DNA of 64,000 nucleotides, taken from contig JAQGOU010000115.1 of NCBI GenBank assembly GCA_028293445.1, positions 4,129 to 68,128 on the forward strand, read 5' to 3'. The notes beneath the pieces were generated by a model. The model worked only from the letters and a program-made list of their open reading frames with translations. It did not search any database and was not told the origin of the DNA. The position numbers and the translations under genes are program-made. Shown here piece by piece: positions 37,892 to 47,066 of the stretch; the stretch's first letter is position 1, and each line of letters starts with the position of its first letter. Source of the DNA: Verrucomicrobiales bacterium (lineage in GTDB: Bacteria; Verrucomicrobiota; Verrucomicrobiia; Limisphaerales; JACDHS01).

Positions 37892-38287
37892 TCAGCTCTT
37901 GAGCAGCCAGTAAATCAGGCTCACCTGGCCGAGAGTCAGCAAGGCGAGAGCGATCCAGGTCAGATTCTCTCGAAGGTTCAGGCTACTTTGTCTCGTAGGG
38001 CTGAGAGTGAATAGGATTCTCCCCTGCCCCACTTCGATTACATCAGCATTCTTCAGAATTGCCTCGCGTACATTTTGCTGACCAGAAATGGCAAAAAACG
38101 TGGAGAGCTCCGCTTGCAGGAAAAAGTCACTCGAACTGCGTAATTCGATTTTGAAATGCCGGTCAAATACGCCTGAGTCATCTAGAACAAGATCATTCTC
38201 CTTCGAACGCCCCACCCGGAAAGGAAAATGGCGGACAACGATTTCGCTGCCCGCCTTTTTGCCTGAAAGAACTTTTAACTGAAGCAT
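37892..38287 (-). CDS. FHA domain protein with C-terminal TM anchor
   Basis: 131 aa. FPFRVGRSKENDLVLDDSGVFDRHFKI (FHA core) and the C-terminal hydrophobic helix LTWIALALLTLGQVSLIYWLL. Its start shares 1 nt with the upstream stop. Confidence 0.7.
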   Translation of the reverse strand: MLQLKVLSGKKAGSEIVVRHFPFRVGRSKENDLVLDDSGVFDRHFKIELRSSSDFFLQAELSTFFAISGQQNVREAILKNADVIEVGQGRILFTLSPTRQSSLNLRENLTWIALALLTLGQVSLIYWLLKS

Positions 38288-38895
38288 CAGAATCCTCGGG
38301 GGACCGTGATGGTGTCGCCAGGATAGACTGGCAGGTCAAGTTTTGGATCGTGAAGCGCTTTTTTGCAATTCACGATCTCGATCTTGCCGTTGGATCGAGT
38401 CAGGCGAACGTGCTTGCGATCCGCGAAGTCAGTGAAATCTTCCGCACTCTGAATAGCTTTCATTACGGTGATCCCGCCCAGATACGGCAAACGTCCCGAA
38501 TGTTTTACCTCTCCACCTACGTAATAAAATCGCTCCGTTCCAACGGAAACATTTAAATTTCTATAAAATCTAGGAACATATGCTTTCTGGATGTCCTGCT
38601 GCAGCTGACTGACGGATTTGCCTGCGGCTTTGATCGTGCCGATCAAAGGCAAGGAGATGTCTCCGGATTCATTGATCTGGTTTTCCTGCGGCAGCATTTG
38701 CTGCTCAATAGGCAATCCCGAGAAAGTAATCTTCACACGATCGCCGACCTGAAGGATGTCAGTGCTGGGTGCGGGTTCGATCGCGACGGTATTGGTCGAG
38801 GAAGTCGAATCATTCAAGATGGCACAACCAGTGAACGAGACCACGAAGGCCAGCAAGCAGAATCCAAAGATTGTCCCGAAAATAGAATTTTTCAT
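38287..38895 (-). CDS. Polysaccharide export protein (Wza/Poly_export + SLBB)
   Basis: 202 aa. Lipoprotein-like signal (...SFTGC), LQVGDRVKITFSG, and an SLBB-like GEVKHSGRLPY...PGDTITVP. Confidence 0.8.
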   Translation of the reverse strand: MKNSIFGTIFGFCLLAFVVSFTGCAILNDSTSSTNTVAIEPAPSTDILQVGDRVKITFSGLPIEQQMLPQENQINESGDISLPLIGTIKAAGKSVSQLQQDIQKAYVPRFYRNLNVSVGTERFYYVGGEVKHSGRLPYLGGITVMKAIQSAEDFTDFADRKHVRLTRSNGKIEIVNCKKALHDPKLDLPVYPGDTITVPRGF

Positions 38896-38913
38896 TTTCC
38901 GTTTACGGGATGA

Positions 38914-41067
38914 TTACGCTTTAGCGGCAGCGGGCGCAATTTTTTTCTCGCCCCGTTTTGGCTTATCATCTGAATCACTGTTGCGATTGGAATAATAATA
39001 GCCGCTGTAATAGTAATAATTGTCGCCCGATCCGACACTGATGTTATTCAGCACAATGCCGATCATGTTACCGCCAATTTTCTGAATGCTCTGCTTGGCG
39101 CGGAGCGTCATCGCCTGTGGGTAGCGACGATATTGTACGACCTGCAGCGTCATATCCACTTCGCTGGCAAGAATAGAGGCGTCACTCACGCCCATAATCG
39201 GCGGAGAGTCAAAGAACACGAAGTCATAGCGACTCTTGAGCTCGTGGATTAAATCCTTCATTTGCGCCGAACTCAAGATGCCCATGGAACTGCTCGGCAA
39301 CTTGCCGCTCGCCAGGAAATGTAGCGTCGGCAAGGTGGTTTCTTGAATGACTTCGTCTAGTGAATTTTGACGCAGCAAATAATTCGTCAATCCTTTGGCA
39401 TTCGAGAGGCGCAGAATCTTGTGTAGGGTCGGCCTCCGTAAATCGGAATCAACAATCAACACCCGATCACCATTTTGAGCAAAAACAGTGGCCAGATTCA
39501 TGATGGTCGTAGATTTACCTTCGCCTACACCACCGCTCACAATCGTAAGCGTGTTCCACTTTTCATCTTTGCGGGAGAACAGGATATTCGTGCGTAACAC
39601 ACGATAAGCTTCGGCATGTGGACTTTCCTGACCTTCGTCGAGCACGAGTCCAACATCTTGCGGAATAACTCCGAGCACAGGAGACTGCAAAGCGCGTTCC
39701 ACGTCATCAATGGTCTTCACGTTCGTATCCAGATACTCAATGAAAAACGCCAGTCCGACGCCGAGAATTAATCCGACGATAACGCCGAGGGCAATATTAA
39801 GGGGAACAATCGGGCGTGCAGGTTTCAGCGCAGCAACTGCTGGATCCACGACGCGAACTCCGCTGCTGACAGGAATTTCCGATTCGATGCGCTCTTCTTC
39901 CGTCTTCATTTTAAGAGCATCCCGAACGCGCAGCAGCGTATCAAGATCACGCTTGGCGTCATAATAAGGGCGATACTTCGCGCTCAATGAGATTTGTTCC
40001 TGCTTGGCCTTTTCAACTTCTACCTCGATCTCCGTCAACTTTGCCTTGAGGGAGGCAACGCGCGCTCCGAGACCTTGAATGATTCCAGTGACGGTGTCCT
40101 TAATGTCGTTTTCATCGCTTTCCTGGATCAGCTTGGCCTTTGCATATTCAGGATGTTCTTTTCCAAGATCGGGGCTGAGTGAGTTAAGTTTGCGATGGGA
40201 CTGGGCAAGATTTAATAACAGCTCGCTCAGACGTGGATCGGGATAGGCAGTGGCAAGTGCATTACCCAGTCCTTTGCGATCGATCTGCTTGATTTCGTTA
40301 AGGAGTGTTGAGTACTGGACGTACTCATCATTGGCTTCAATGCGGCGTTGTTCGATTTGACGCAGAGTGTCACCGGAAAAAGTCGGAGCAGACTGCGTGT
40401 TCGCGTAAGCGCCCTCGGAAAGATCTATGATATTATTCGTGCGCCGCATCTCACCAACGGCCTTTTGCGCGCTCTCGACCTCTTTGTTCTTTTTATCAAG
40501 GTTCTCTAAAAGCGTTTTAAGACCACGCGCCTTCGTTTCACTACGTTGCTCCGCGCGGATTTGGCGGTAAACCTCTACTATGTCGTTCGCGATTTCGGGT
40601 GCTTCTTTTTTGTCACGGCTATAAACCCAAATCTCAATGTTGCTCGTGTTTTTGGATTGCTTGGCCCGGACTTGGTTCTCAAGAATCTCGTACGTCTCCT
40701 CGTCGACAAGAGGCTTTTCTAATTTGTAGCGTTCAGTCCAGCGCCGATTCAAATCCAGATTATGGATGACGCGATACAAAACCGGCTTCGATGTGATCCG
40801 CTCAAATTCCGTTTGAACCCAGAATGGATCAATATAGGAGCTGACCTGATAATTTCGAAAGGGGCCTTCGACGTCAGTCGTGTCCTTCTCGACAGATATT
40901 TTAACCATGCTCGCATAAGATTTAGGCCAATAAATCGTCAACCCCACAGTCGTTGCGAGAACTAAAATGAAAACGGTGAAAATGATCGTCTTGCGAACTT
41001 TTACAATTCGCCAGTAATCCAGGAAATGAAGCTTCTCCGGTTGCGCGTCGTTGTTTGCTAAATCCAT
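38914..41067 (-). CDS. Polysaccharide co-polymerase / tyrosine autokinase (Wzc/GumC/EpsG-like BY-kinase)
   Basis: 717 aa. Wzz-type N-terminus with TM, long coiled coil, second TM, Walker A SGGVGEGKSTT, VDSDLRRP, and a C-terminal Tyr cluster YYYYSGYYYS. Confidence 0.9.
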   Translation of the reverse strand: MDLANNDAQPEKLHFLDYWRIVKVRKTIIFTVFILVLATTVGLTIYWPKSYASMVKISVEKDTTDVEGPFRNYQVSSYIDPFWVQTEFERITSKPVLYRVIHNLDLNRRWTERYKLEKPLVDEETYEILENQVRAKQSKNTSNIEIWVYSRDKKEAPEIANDIVEVYRQIRAEQRSETKARGLKTLLENLDKKNKEVESAQKAVGEMRRTNNIIDLSEGAYANTQSAPTFSGDTLRQIEQRRIEANDEYVQYSTLLNEIKQIDRKGLGNALATAYPDPRLSELLLNLAQSHRKLNSLSPDLGKEHPEYAKAKLIQESDENDIKDTVTGIIQGLGARVASLKAKLTEIEVEVEKAKQEQISLSAKYRPYYDAKRDLDTLLRVRDALKMKTEEERIESEIPVSSGVRVVDPAVAALKPARPIVPLNIALGVIVGLILGVGLAFFIEYLDTNVKTIDDVERALQSPVLGVIPQDVGLVLDEGQESPHAEAYRVLRTNILFSRKDEKWNTLTIVSGGVGEGKSTTIMNLATVFAQNGDRVLIVDSDLRRPTLHKILRLSNAKGLTNYLLRQNSLDEVIQETTLPTLHFLASGKLPSSSMGILSSAQMKDLIHELKSRYDFVFFDSPPIMGVSDASILASEVDMTLQVVQYRRYPQAMTLRAKQSIQKIGGNMIGIVLNNISVGSGDNYYYYSGYYYSNRNSDSDDKPKRGEKKIAPAAAKA

Positions 41068-41126
41068 ATCTCAAAAAGAAAAAGGCCGGGTAATCTCCAG
41101 CCTTTTCTGAGAAATGCAAATTGTTT

Positions 41127-42386
41127 TTAGTAGGTTGCCCTGATGCCAATATACACGCGATTACGAGTGTAGGCACGGAACGGAAGATCTGAATTGAGCT
41201 TGTCGTAATTGTAGCCGGTTTCCGCGAGCCAATGGCCAGCGCGATCAATTCGGTAAGCGAGATTCACGCTGGCAACAAAATAGTTATCCGACCCTTTGGA
41301 TCCGGGCAGTGTCGTCACGGTCTTTTCGTTGAAAGACGAATGTTGATATTGCCCAAGCACATTTCCGGTCAGCAGAGATGTGATGCGATGGGTAATTGCC
41401 ACGTATACGGTGGTGGCCTCTTGATCGAGAGTGGTCAGGACGTCCGTCTGGCTGCGATCATGACGCACACCAGCCTGCAAATAACTTCCCGGCGCATAGG
41501 TGTAGGTCAAATTTCCGTCTGCGTAAGGAGTGATCGAATTCCCACCCGCTTCATAATAATCGGTATAGCGGGCACCAACGCGGACCGCTGCATTCAATTG
41601 TTGGTTAAAGCTGTGATCTGCACCGATAAAAAGATAATGCGATCGGTTATCGCGAATCTCGGGAGAAACGAACGGACCTGCAGTGACCAACGAGTCATTG
41701 CTGAGGTAATTAACCAAACCGAATTGATAGCCAGCTATGAGAACTGTTGGGCGCTGCCATTGATAACGCAGATTGGCACTCGCTAAGTGTTCCATTCGAT
41801 CTAGTGCCGCAGAATAGCTGCCAGGACCGCTCTGATCGTAATCATAATAGTTGTTTTGATAGGCGAACTGCAAGCCCATCAATTCGGTCATTTGGGCAGT
41901 GAAATCAGCAGCTGCAGTATTACGAATGTTATTTCCATTCAATCGAAGCGGGACAGTGACGGTCCCGAGAGCATTCAAAATCTCAGGCTCCTGCGCCACG
42001 ACGAAAGTTTCGCTCAGAGTCATTTTGTAGCGCTCGGAAAATGCATGATCTAGTTTCGCACCAAATTGATGGCTGTGATCAGCGCTCGCCTGGTGCTTGT
42101 CCGCTCGATCCTGATAATATTTCAGCGAATAGATATAGCTGGCACCAAAAAAAGTTTGCTCAAGCGGTATGTTGAGGGAGGCAGAGGGGCTAACTTCAAA
42201 TCCGAAACTGCTTTGCGCAAAACCCTTCGGAGAGGTCGTGTAGTTGTCGTCGTAAAACCCGCGGACAGATGCGGACACGCTCCATTTTTTGGCCTTTTCC
42301 ATCGCACTCAAGCCTGGGGTATAAGCTGCATGCAAGGCGTTTACTGCAACGGCGATGAGTCCGGCCACGATTAAAATTCTTTTCAT
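41127..42386 (-). CDS. Outer-membrane beta-barrel protein, first gene of the EPS export operon
   Basis: 419 aa. Signal peptide MKRILIVAGLIAVAVNALHA, alternating-hydrophobicity strands rich in Y/G/N, and an aromatic C-terminus (...GIRATY). Confidence 0.6.
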   Translation of the reverse strand: MKRILIVAGLIAVAVNALHAAYTPGLSAMEKAKKWSVSASVRGFYDDNYTTSPKGFAQSSFGFEVSPSASLNIPLEQTFFGASYIYSLKYYQDRADKHQASADHSHQFGAKLDHAFSERYKMTLSETFVVAQEPEILNALGTVTVPLRLNGNNIRNTAAADFTAQMTELMGLQFAYQNNYYDYDQSGPGSYSAALDRMEHLASANLRYQWQRPTVLIAGYQFGLVNYLSNDSLVTAGPFVSPEIRDNRSHYLFIGADHSFNQQLNAAVRVGARYTDYYEAGGNSITPYADGNLTYTYAPGSYLQAGVRHDRSQTDVLTTLDQEATTVYVAITHRITSLLTGNVLGQYQHSSFNEKTVTTLPGSKGSDNYFVASVNLAYRIDRAGHWLAETGYNYDKLNSDLPFRAYTRNRVYIGIRATY

Positions 42387-42492
42387 ACAGTTAGTCGTCT
42401 TTCGTTTGGTCCCAAAAGACGGTCAAAACGTCCATCGGTTTTAGGGAGGGTCATAAATATTGTCAAACGTAAACCAAAAGATTCTAGTCTAT

Positions 42493-43290
42493 CTATGGTT
42501 TCGGTTCGATTGCCGGGTGGGTGTCCGTTGCCTTTTCTAATCCCAGAGCCCATTTTATCGCACCAAGCACATGTTTCTGGTAGTTTTCATCGTTCCAAAC
42601 CTCGTCACGATGACCAAGCTCCGTGTAAAACACTTTTCCTTTACCAAACTCACTGCACCATGCGATAGGAAACTCTCCCGCTTGCGCTTTGTTTCCGGGA
42701 TCCTTGTCCAATTTCAAAAGCAAATGGACTTTTTTAGGATCATAGGATTTGAACATGTAGATTTCGTCGGTAACGGGCCACGTCTTGGGAAGCGCTTTGC
42801 AAGCAGGGTGCGCCGGATCAAGATTGATGCATTCAACTTCCGTGATTGCTGGATGATGAGAAAACTCCGCGCCAATCATTTCAATGTAGGGCGGAAAGCT
42901 ATGAAGCGTGTCGGTTGCGGAATGCATTCCGATGAAGGCTTTTCCGGATTTCAACCAATTGATAAATCCTTCTTTGTCGGGCAGAGGCAAATCGCCGGTC
43001 GTATTTGCGAAAATCACACCATCATACTTCTTCAAGTTCTCCAGCGTCATCTTTTCAGTCACCTCTTTCGCCACGGTCGCCACGTCGGTGCCCTCACTCT
43101 GCCGAACGTAGTCCACGGTGAACGCGCCCGACTTCTTCGCCATCTCCCCCAAAACCTTTTCTGCTGTCGGAATTGAACCATGCCGGTATCCAGTCGTTAC
43201 CGTCACGACGAGAAGTTTTTTCGGAGCGGCGGTCGCGGAAACGACGAATGCCAAGGTCAGAACAACTGCAAATGTAATATTCTTTATCAT
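42493..43290 (-). CDS. ThuA-domain (trehalose-utilisation-like) secreted protein
   Basis: ORF 42493..43431; preferred ATG 43290 (MIKNITFAVVLTLAFVVSATA). KKLLVVTVTTGYRHGSIP and ...FIGMHSATDT are typical of ThuA. Confidence 0.75.
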   Translation of the reverse strand: MIKNITFAVVLTLAFVVSATAAPKKLLVVTVTTGYRHGSIPTAEKVLGEMAKKSGAFTVDYVRQSEGTDVATVAKEVTEKMTLENLKKYDGVIFANTTGDLPLPDKEGFINWLKSGKAFIGMHSATDTLHSFPPYIEMIGAEFSHHPAITEVECINLDPAHPACKALPKTWPVTDEIYMFKSYDPKKVHLLLKLDKDPGNKAQAGEFPIAWCSEFGKGKVFYTELGHRDEVWNDENYQKHVLGAIKWALGLEKATDTHPAIEPKP

Positions 43291-43459
43291 AGACTGACTG
43301 CGTCCGAAGGTATCTTGACGATCCCGGTAAAGGCAATAGGGAATAGGCTGTTTTGTTCTAAGATGGCGCGGCGCGTTCCTTTGCGATTGTCCATGGATCC
43401 TTTTGCTGATAAGATGCACTTGCGCCCACAAAGTTCCCGGAAATCTACGGTTTTGACTT

Positions 43460-43774
43460 ATGCAAAAAAACCTATCCCTGCTTCTAGCCTGTGCTGTGGT
43501 GGTATTGCTTGCAATCTGCCTGGTGCAATCCTTCCAGATTTCGGATCAAAAGGTACAGCTGATCGGCGTGCGGGATATCGTAAGCACAAATGTCAGACAA
43601 ATTAAAACCCTGGAAGCCACAGTTAACCGCTTGGAATCACAGCGGATTCTTCAGAAAAAAGCGATGCGAAATATTGTGCAGCAAAACACTAATTTGGGCG
43701 TGCCACAGAAAACGCTCACGACAATCCCATTAACCAGTGAAGGCCCAAAAGATGTCACCGCCCCATTGAAATAG
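43460..43774 (+). CDS. Small membrane-anchored coiled-coil protein, hypothetical
   Basis: 104 aa. N-terminal TM LSLLLACAVVVLLAICLV followed by a heptad-like segment. Confidence 0.45.
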   Translation: MQKNLSLLLACAVVVLLAICLVQSFQISDQKVQLIGVRDIVSTNVRQIKTLEATVNRLESQRILQKKAMRNIVQQNTNLGVPQKTLTTIPLTSEGPKDVTAPLK

Positions 43775-44034
43775 GGTTGTTCCACCATTTACTGACAGAA
43801 ATCGTAAAAGAGCCAAATCAAAAGCCGTCGAAAGTGGCTGATCGGAGAAAATGTGTCCGGCAAATTTTTACCCCGTTCGGAAAACTGGATTGTTCCAGCG
43901 GACTTCGTAGAAGATGGAGGACCGCCCGGAAACTGCTGGGCGATTCCGCCAACCGATTGGCTGAGCATTACCCACAAGTCCAAGTGAGAACGAGAAAGTT
44001 TTGCTGAGTCTCTTGATCCAGAGTTCCCAGCCGG

Positions 44035-44337
44035 TTTTTGGGAATAAATGCGGGAATTCCAGACTGACGGCGACACCAATAATATTATAGGCGGGAATTC
44101 CAGCCTCCCCGTGGCGTCTATAATAATATTGGCGGGATTTTCAGGCTGACGGCGGCGCCTATACTTTTATTTGCGGAATTTCCATTCTGTAAACGGCGCC
44201 AATAATAATATTGGAGTCACGGTAAGGCTGGAATTCCCGCCAATAATAATAAATGCGCCGATTACAGAATGGAAATTCCGCCAATAATAATAAATTCCAA
44301 AATTCCAGCCTGTAATTTCCGCCAATAATAATATTGG
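44035..44337. repeat. Tandem array 3: about 7.4 units of 41 bp, GC core (cgggaattccagNctgacggcg) + AT linker (ccaataataatattgg); core orientation flips mid-array
   Basis: Core anchors at 44050, 44091, 44132 and 44173. Linker anchors at 44076, 44117/8, 44158, 44199, 44240, 44281 and 44322 (41 apart). Units 5-7 carry the reverse-complemented core. Confidence 0.9.
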
Positions 44338-44502
44338 CGTTGCTACAAGACTGTCAGTCAGTGACTTACGAAGATCGATCTGTTTTTCACCGTTTTACCC
44401 AGAATCGCCCTTTGGCGACTCCTGATGTCCCGACCTTCGGGAGAATTTGAGGCATCTTTTGTCCAATTTCCCAGTCCTAAGAGGCACCCGGTGATGCGTT
44501 TG

Positions 44503-45771
44503 TTACACCGCCATTAAGGGAAGATAAATGTGAAATACGGTCCCCTTGTTCACTTCGGAATGCACGTGTAACGCGCCGTTTCCCTGCCTGACCAGGCGCT
44601 GGACGATGCAGAGACCCAGGCCCGTGCCGGTCTCAGACTTCGTCGTGAAGTAGGGTTCAAACATTCTGGCCATAACGTCGGCGGGAATCCCCGGACCATC
44701 ATCTTCCACTGTCAACCGAGCCGCCGATGGCATGCCTTGAAGTTTTTCCGGCAAGATGAATTGGTCACTCGGGCTCCGCTTAAATTCGCTAAATTTTAGC
44801 GGCTGCTGAATGATCTCTCCATAGATCCGAACTCGGTGCAGGGTCGCCGTGCTCTGGAACGCGTTCACAGCCAAATTTAATAGGATCTGAACGGCATCCG
44901 CGCCGTTGATCGAAACAATCGCATCGCTTTTCAACGACTCAATCTGAAGCTCGTGCGCTGCGCAACTCGGATGCCCCTTCAACAGGGCACCCAAATCTTC
45001 CAGCACCTTATTCACCGACGTGGTGGCTTTTTCAGAGGGTTTACGGCGCAAAAAGCTCAGGTAACGCTGTGAGATATCGACGCAGTGGGTAACTTGCCTG
45101 TTAATCAGCCGCAAGTGGTCCTTGAGTTCCTCAATCTGTTGACCTTCAAAACGACGTATTGAATCGAGATCAACGTTAATGAGTTGAATGTACCCAGCGA
45201 TAATCGTTAACGGGCCGTTGATATCGTGCAAGATGCTGGCGTATATCTCACCTTTATTGCGGGTGATTTCTTCATCGATCGTGTGCTGCTGCAACTCAAT
45301 TTGCAACGAAGTCATCTTCTGATGAGTGGACCGAATTTCTTCCACAAAGGTTCGTCGTTCCATCGCATTTGCAACAGCCGCTCGAATTGTTTCCACATCA
45401 TAAGGCTTGCTGAGGTAATCACATGCCCCGTACCGCAAAGCCTGACGAATAGTTTCTATTGTTTCATAACCGGTCAACATCATCGCTTCGATCGATGGAT
45501 CTGCAGCTTTGAGTTTTTCCAGCAATTCGATTCCAGACATACCCGTCATTCGGATGTCCAGGATAGCTACGTCTACGGTATTCGATTTGATCAGTTCCAA
45601 CGCGTCGTTTCCGTTGGAAGCCGCGATGACATTATAAAAATTGCGGAAAATAACCTCCAAAGACTTCCGGGGTCCTTCGTCGTCATCGACAATCAGCAGC
45701 GTTCGTTTCCTCGATTGCGACGATGTTATTGTTGGATTGTCTATTGATTTGGATTCTAGCGACACAAACAT
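44503..45771 (-). CDS. Response-regulator receiver fused to histidine kinase core (REC-HisKA-HATPase)
   Basis: 422 aa. LLIVDDDEGP...ILDIRMTGMSG, H-box ASILHDINGPLT, and HATPase VEDDGPGIP...GTGLGLCIVQR. Confidence 0.9.
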   Translation of the reverse strand: MFVSLESKSIDNPTITSSQSRKRTLLIVDDDEGPRKSLEVIFRNFYNVIAASNGNDALELIKSNTVDVAILDIRMTGMSGIELLEKLKAADPSIEAMMLTGYETIETIRQALRYGACDYLSKPYDVETIRAAVANAMERRTFVEEIRSTHQKMTSLQIELQQHTIDEEITRNKGEIYASILHDINGPLTIIAGYIQLINVDLDSIRRFEGQQIEELKDHLRLINRQVTHCVDISQRYLSFLRRKPSEKATTSVNKVLEDLGALLKGHPSCAAHELQIESLKSDAIVSINGADAVQILLNLAVNAFQSTATLHRVRIYGEIIQQPLKFSEFKRSPSDQFILPEKLQGMPSAARLTVEDDGPGIPADVMARMFEPYFTTKSETGTGLGLCIVQRLVRQGNGALHVHSEVNKGTVFHIYLPLMAV

Positions 45772-45779
45772 AGAATGAA

Positions 45780-47030
45780 TTAGTCACCGGAGAGCAATTT
45801 CTCCCAGAGCGCTTCATTGGTAAGGACCTTCGCCACAAACTGGCGATCCTCCTGGTTCGGCACCTCCTCCAAGGGGGTGACTGGAAAATTCAACGTGAAC
45901 ACAGTGCCTTTGGCCGCACCGTTCTTAACCTCAATGGTTCCTCCATGATGATAGACAAGGAAATAACAGGTCATCAGGTTGATACCGAATTCCTGCGGGT
46001 CGTCTTTGCGTAAAAAGAAAGGATTGAACACGGAACGCAAATCATCGTCCGGAAGACCCGGTCCATCGTCAACAACTTCGATTTGAAGCATGGCAGTCGG
46101 CAGCATGCTTGCACTGATCGTAACCACGCTGTTTTCCGGAAGATTGATTGTCTCGTCTTTCAGCAAGAGTTCAAAAATCCGGTTAAATTTTGTCTCATCA
46201 ACCGTCAGGGAAGGCAGGGATGAAGAAACATTATTCTCCACGCGAATTTTTTTCACGGCGAGTTCCAGATTCAATTTAGCCACCGAACCGACGATGACCT
46301 CCGATAGTTGAACCTTGTCTTTGAACACCGGCTTCGGCTTTTCAGAAACCGCTCCCACGTCAGCGAGCATTTCCATGATGCGCTTCACCTGGGATTGCAC
46401 ATGATCGTAAAATTCCCGCCAATAATTGGGGTTCCGGAGTTCATCCAGTTGAATGTTCTCTTCGCGCAGCTTGGCTGGGGCTAAATCAAGAAAGGTCCGC
46501 ACCGCTACCAGCGAATTGCGAATATGATGACTCATGCCTGCAGCTAAAACGCCGAGACTGATCACGCGATCGGTAATCATCATGTTTTGCAGCACGGAAA
46601 GTTTTTCCCGCAACAGCTGATCCCGCTCCGTTTGCACCATGAAAAATTCCAGAGCGCGCCTTAAAGTAATTTCCAACTCAGGCGGATGCCATGGCTTGCT
46701 CACGTATTTATAAATGGCACCCGTGTTCACCGCCGCGACGGCTGCCTCGTAATCAGAATAGGCGGTGGCGAGAATCCGGAGGGTGCGGGGACGGAGATGC
46801 CTTACTTTTTCCAATAACTGCACACCTTGTTCGCCAGGCATGCGCTGATCCGTCATGAGAATTGCAATCTCATCCTGATGTTGCTGAAAAACCTTAAAAC
46901 CCTCCTCTGCACTTGAAGCCGTTAAAATTCGGAAATGTTCCCCGAACTCCCTTGCGAAATATTTCAACGACTTTTCCTCGTCGTCGACATAGAGAATTGC
47001 GAACTTTTTGTAATCGTAGAAACCTTGCAT
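45780..47030 (-). CDS. Response-regulator receiver fused to a kinase-like output domain with degenerate ATP lid
   Basis: 416 aa. ILYVDDEEKS...MTDQRMPGEQG...KPW, DHp-like AAGMSHHIRNSL, and HATPase-like VVDDGPGLP...FGINLMTCYFLV (G-box degenerate). Confidence 0.85.
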   Translation of the reverse strand: MQGFYDYKKFAILYVDDEEKSLKYFAREFGEHFRILTASSAEEGFKVFQQHQDEIAILMTDQRMPGEQGVQLLEKVRHLRPRTLRILATAYSDYEAAVAAVNTGAIYKYVSKPWHPPELEITLRRALEFFMVQTERDQLLREKLSVLQNMMITDRVISLGVLAAGMSHHIRNSLVAVRTFLDLAPAKLREENIQLDELRNPNYWREFYDHVQSQVKRIMEMLADVGAVSEKPKPVFKDKVQLSEVIVGSVAKLNLELAVKKIRVENNVSSSLPSLTVDETKFNRIFELLLKDETINLPENSVVTISASMLPTAMLQIEVVDDGPGLPDDDLRSVFNPFFLRKDDPQEFGINLMTCYFLVYHHGGTIEVKNGAAKGTVFTLNFPVTPLEEVPNQEDRQFVAKVLTNEALWEKLLSGD

Positions 47031-47066
47031 AAATCCTTATCCCTCACCGACCTGCGCTATACTGTT

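Noticed and set aside
43777-44079. ORFs 43777..44007 (+) and 43789..44079 (-) in the gap before array 3.
   Set aside because: They are mutually overlapping on opposite strands, have no motifs, and one runs into the repeat array. There is not enough evidence to call either coding.
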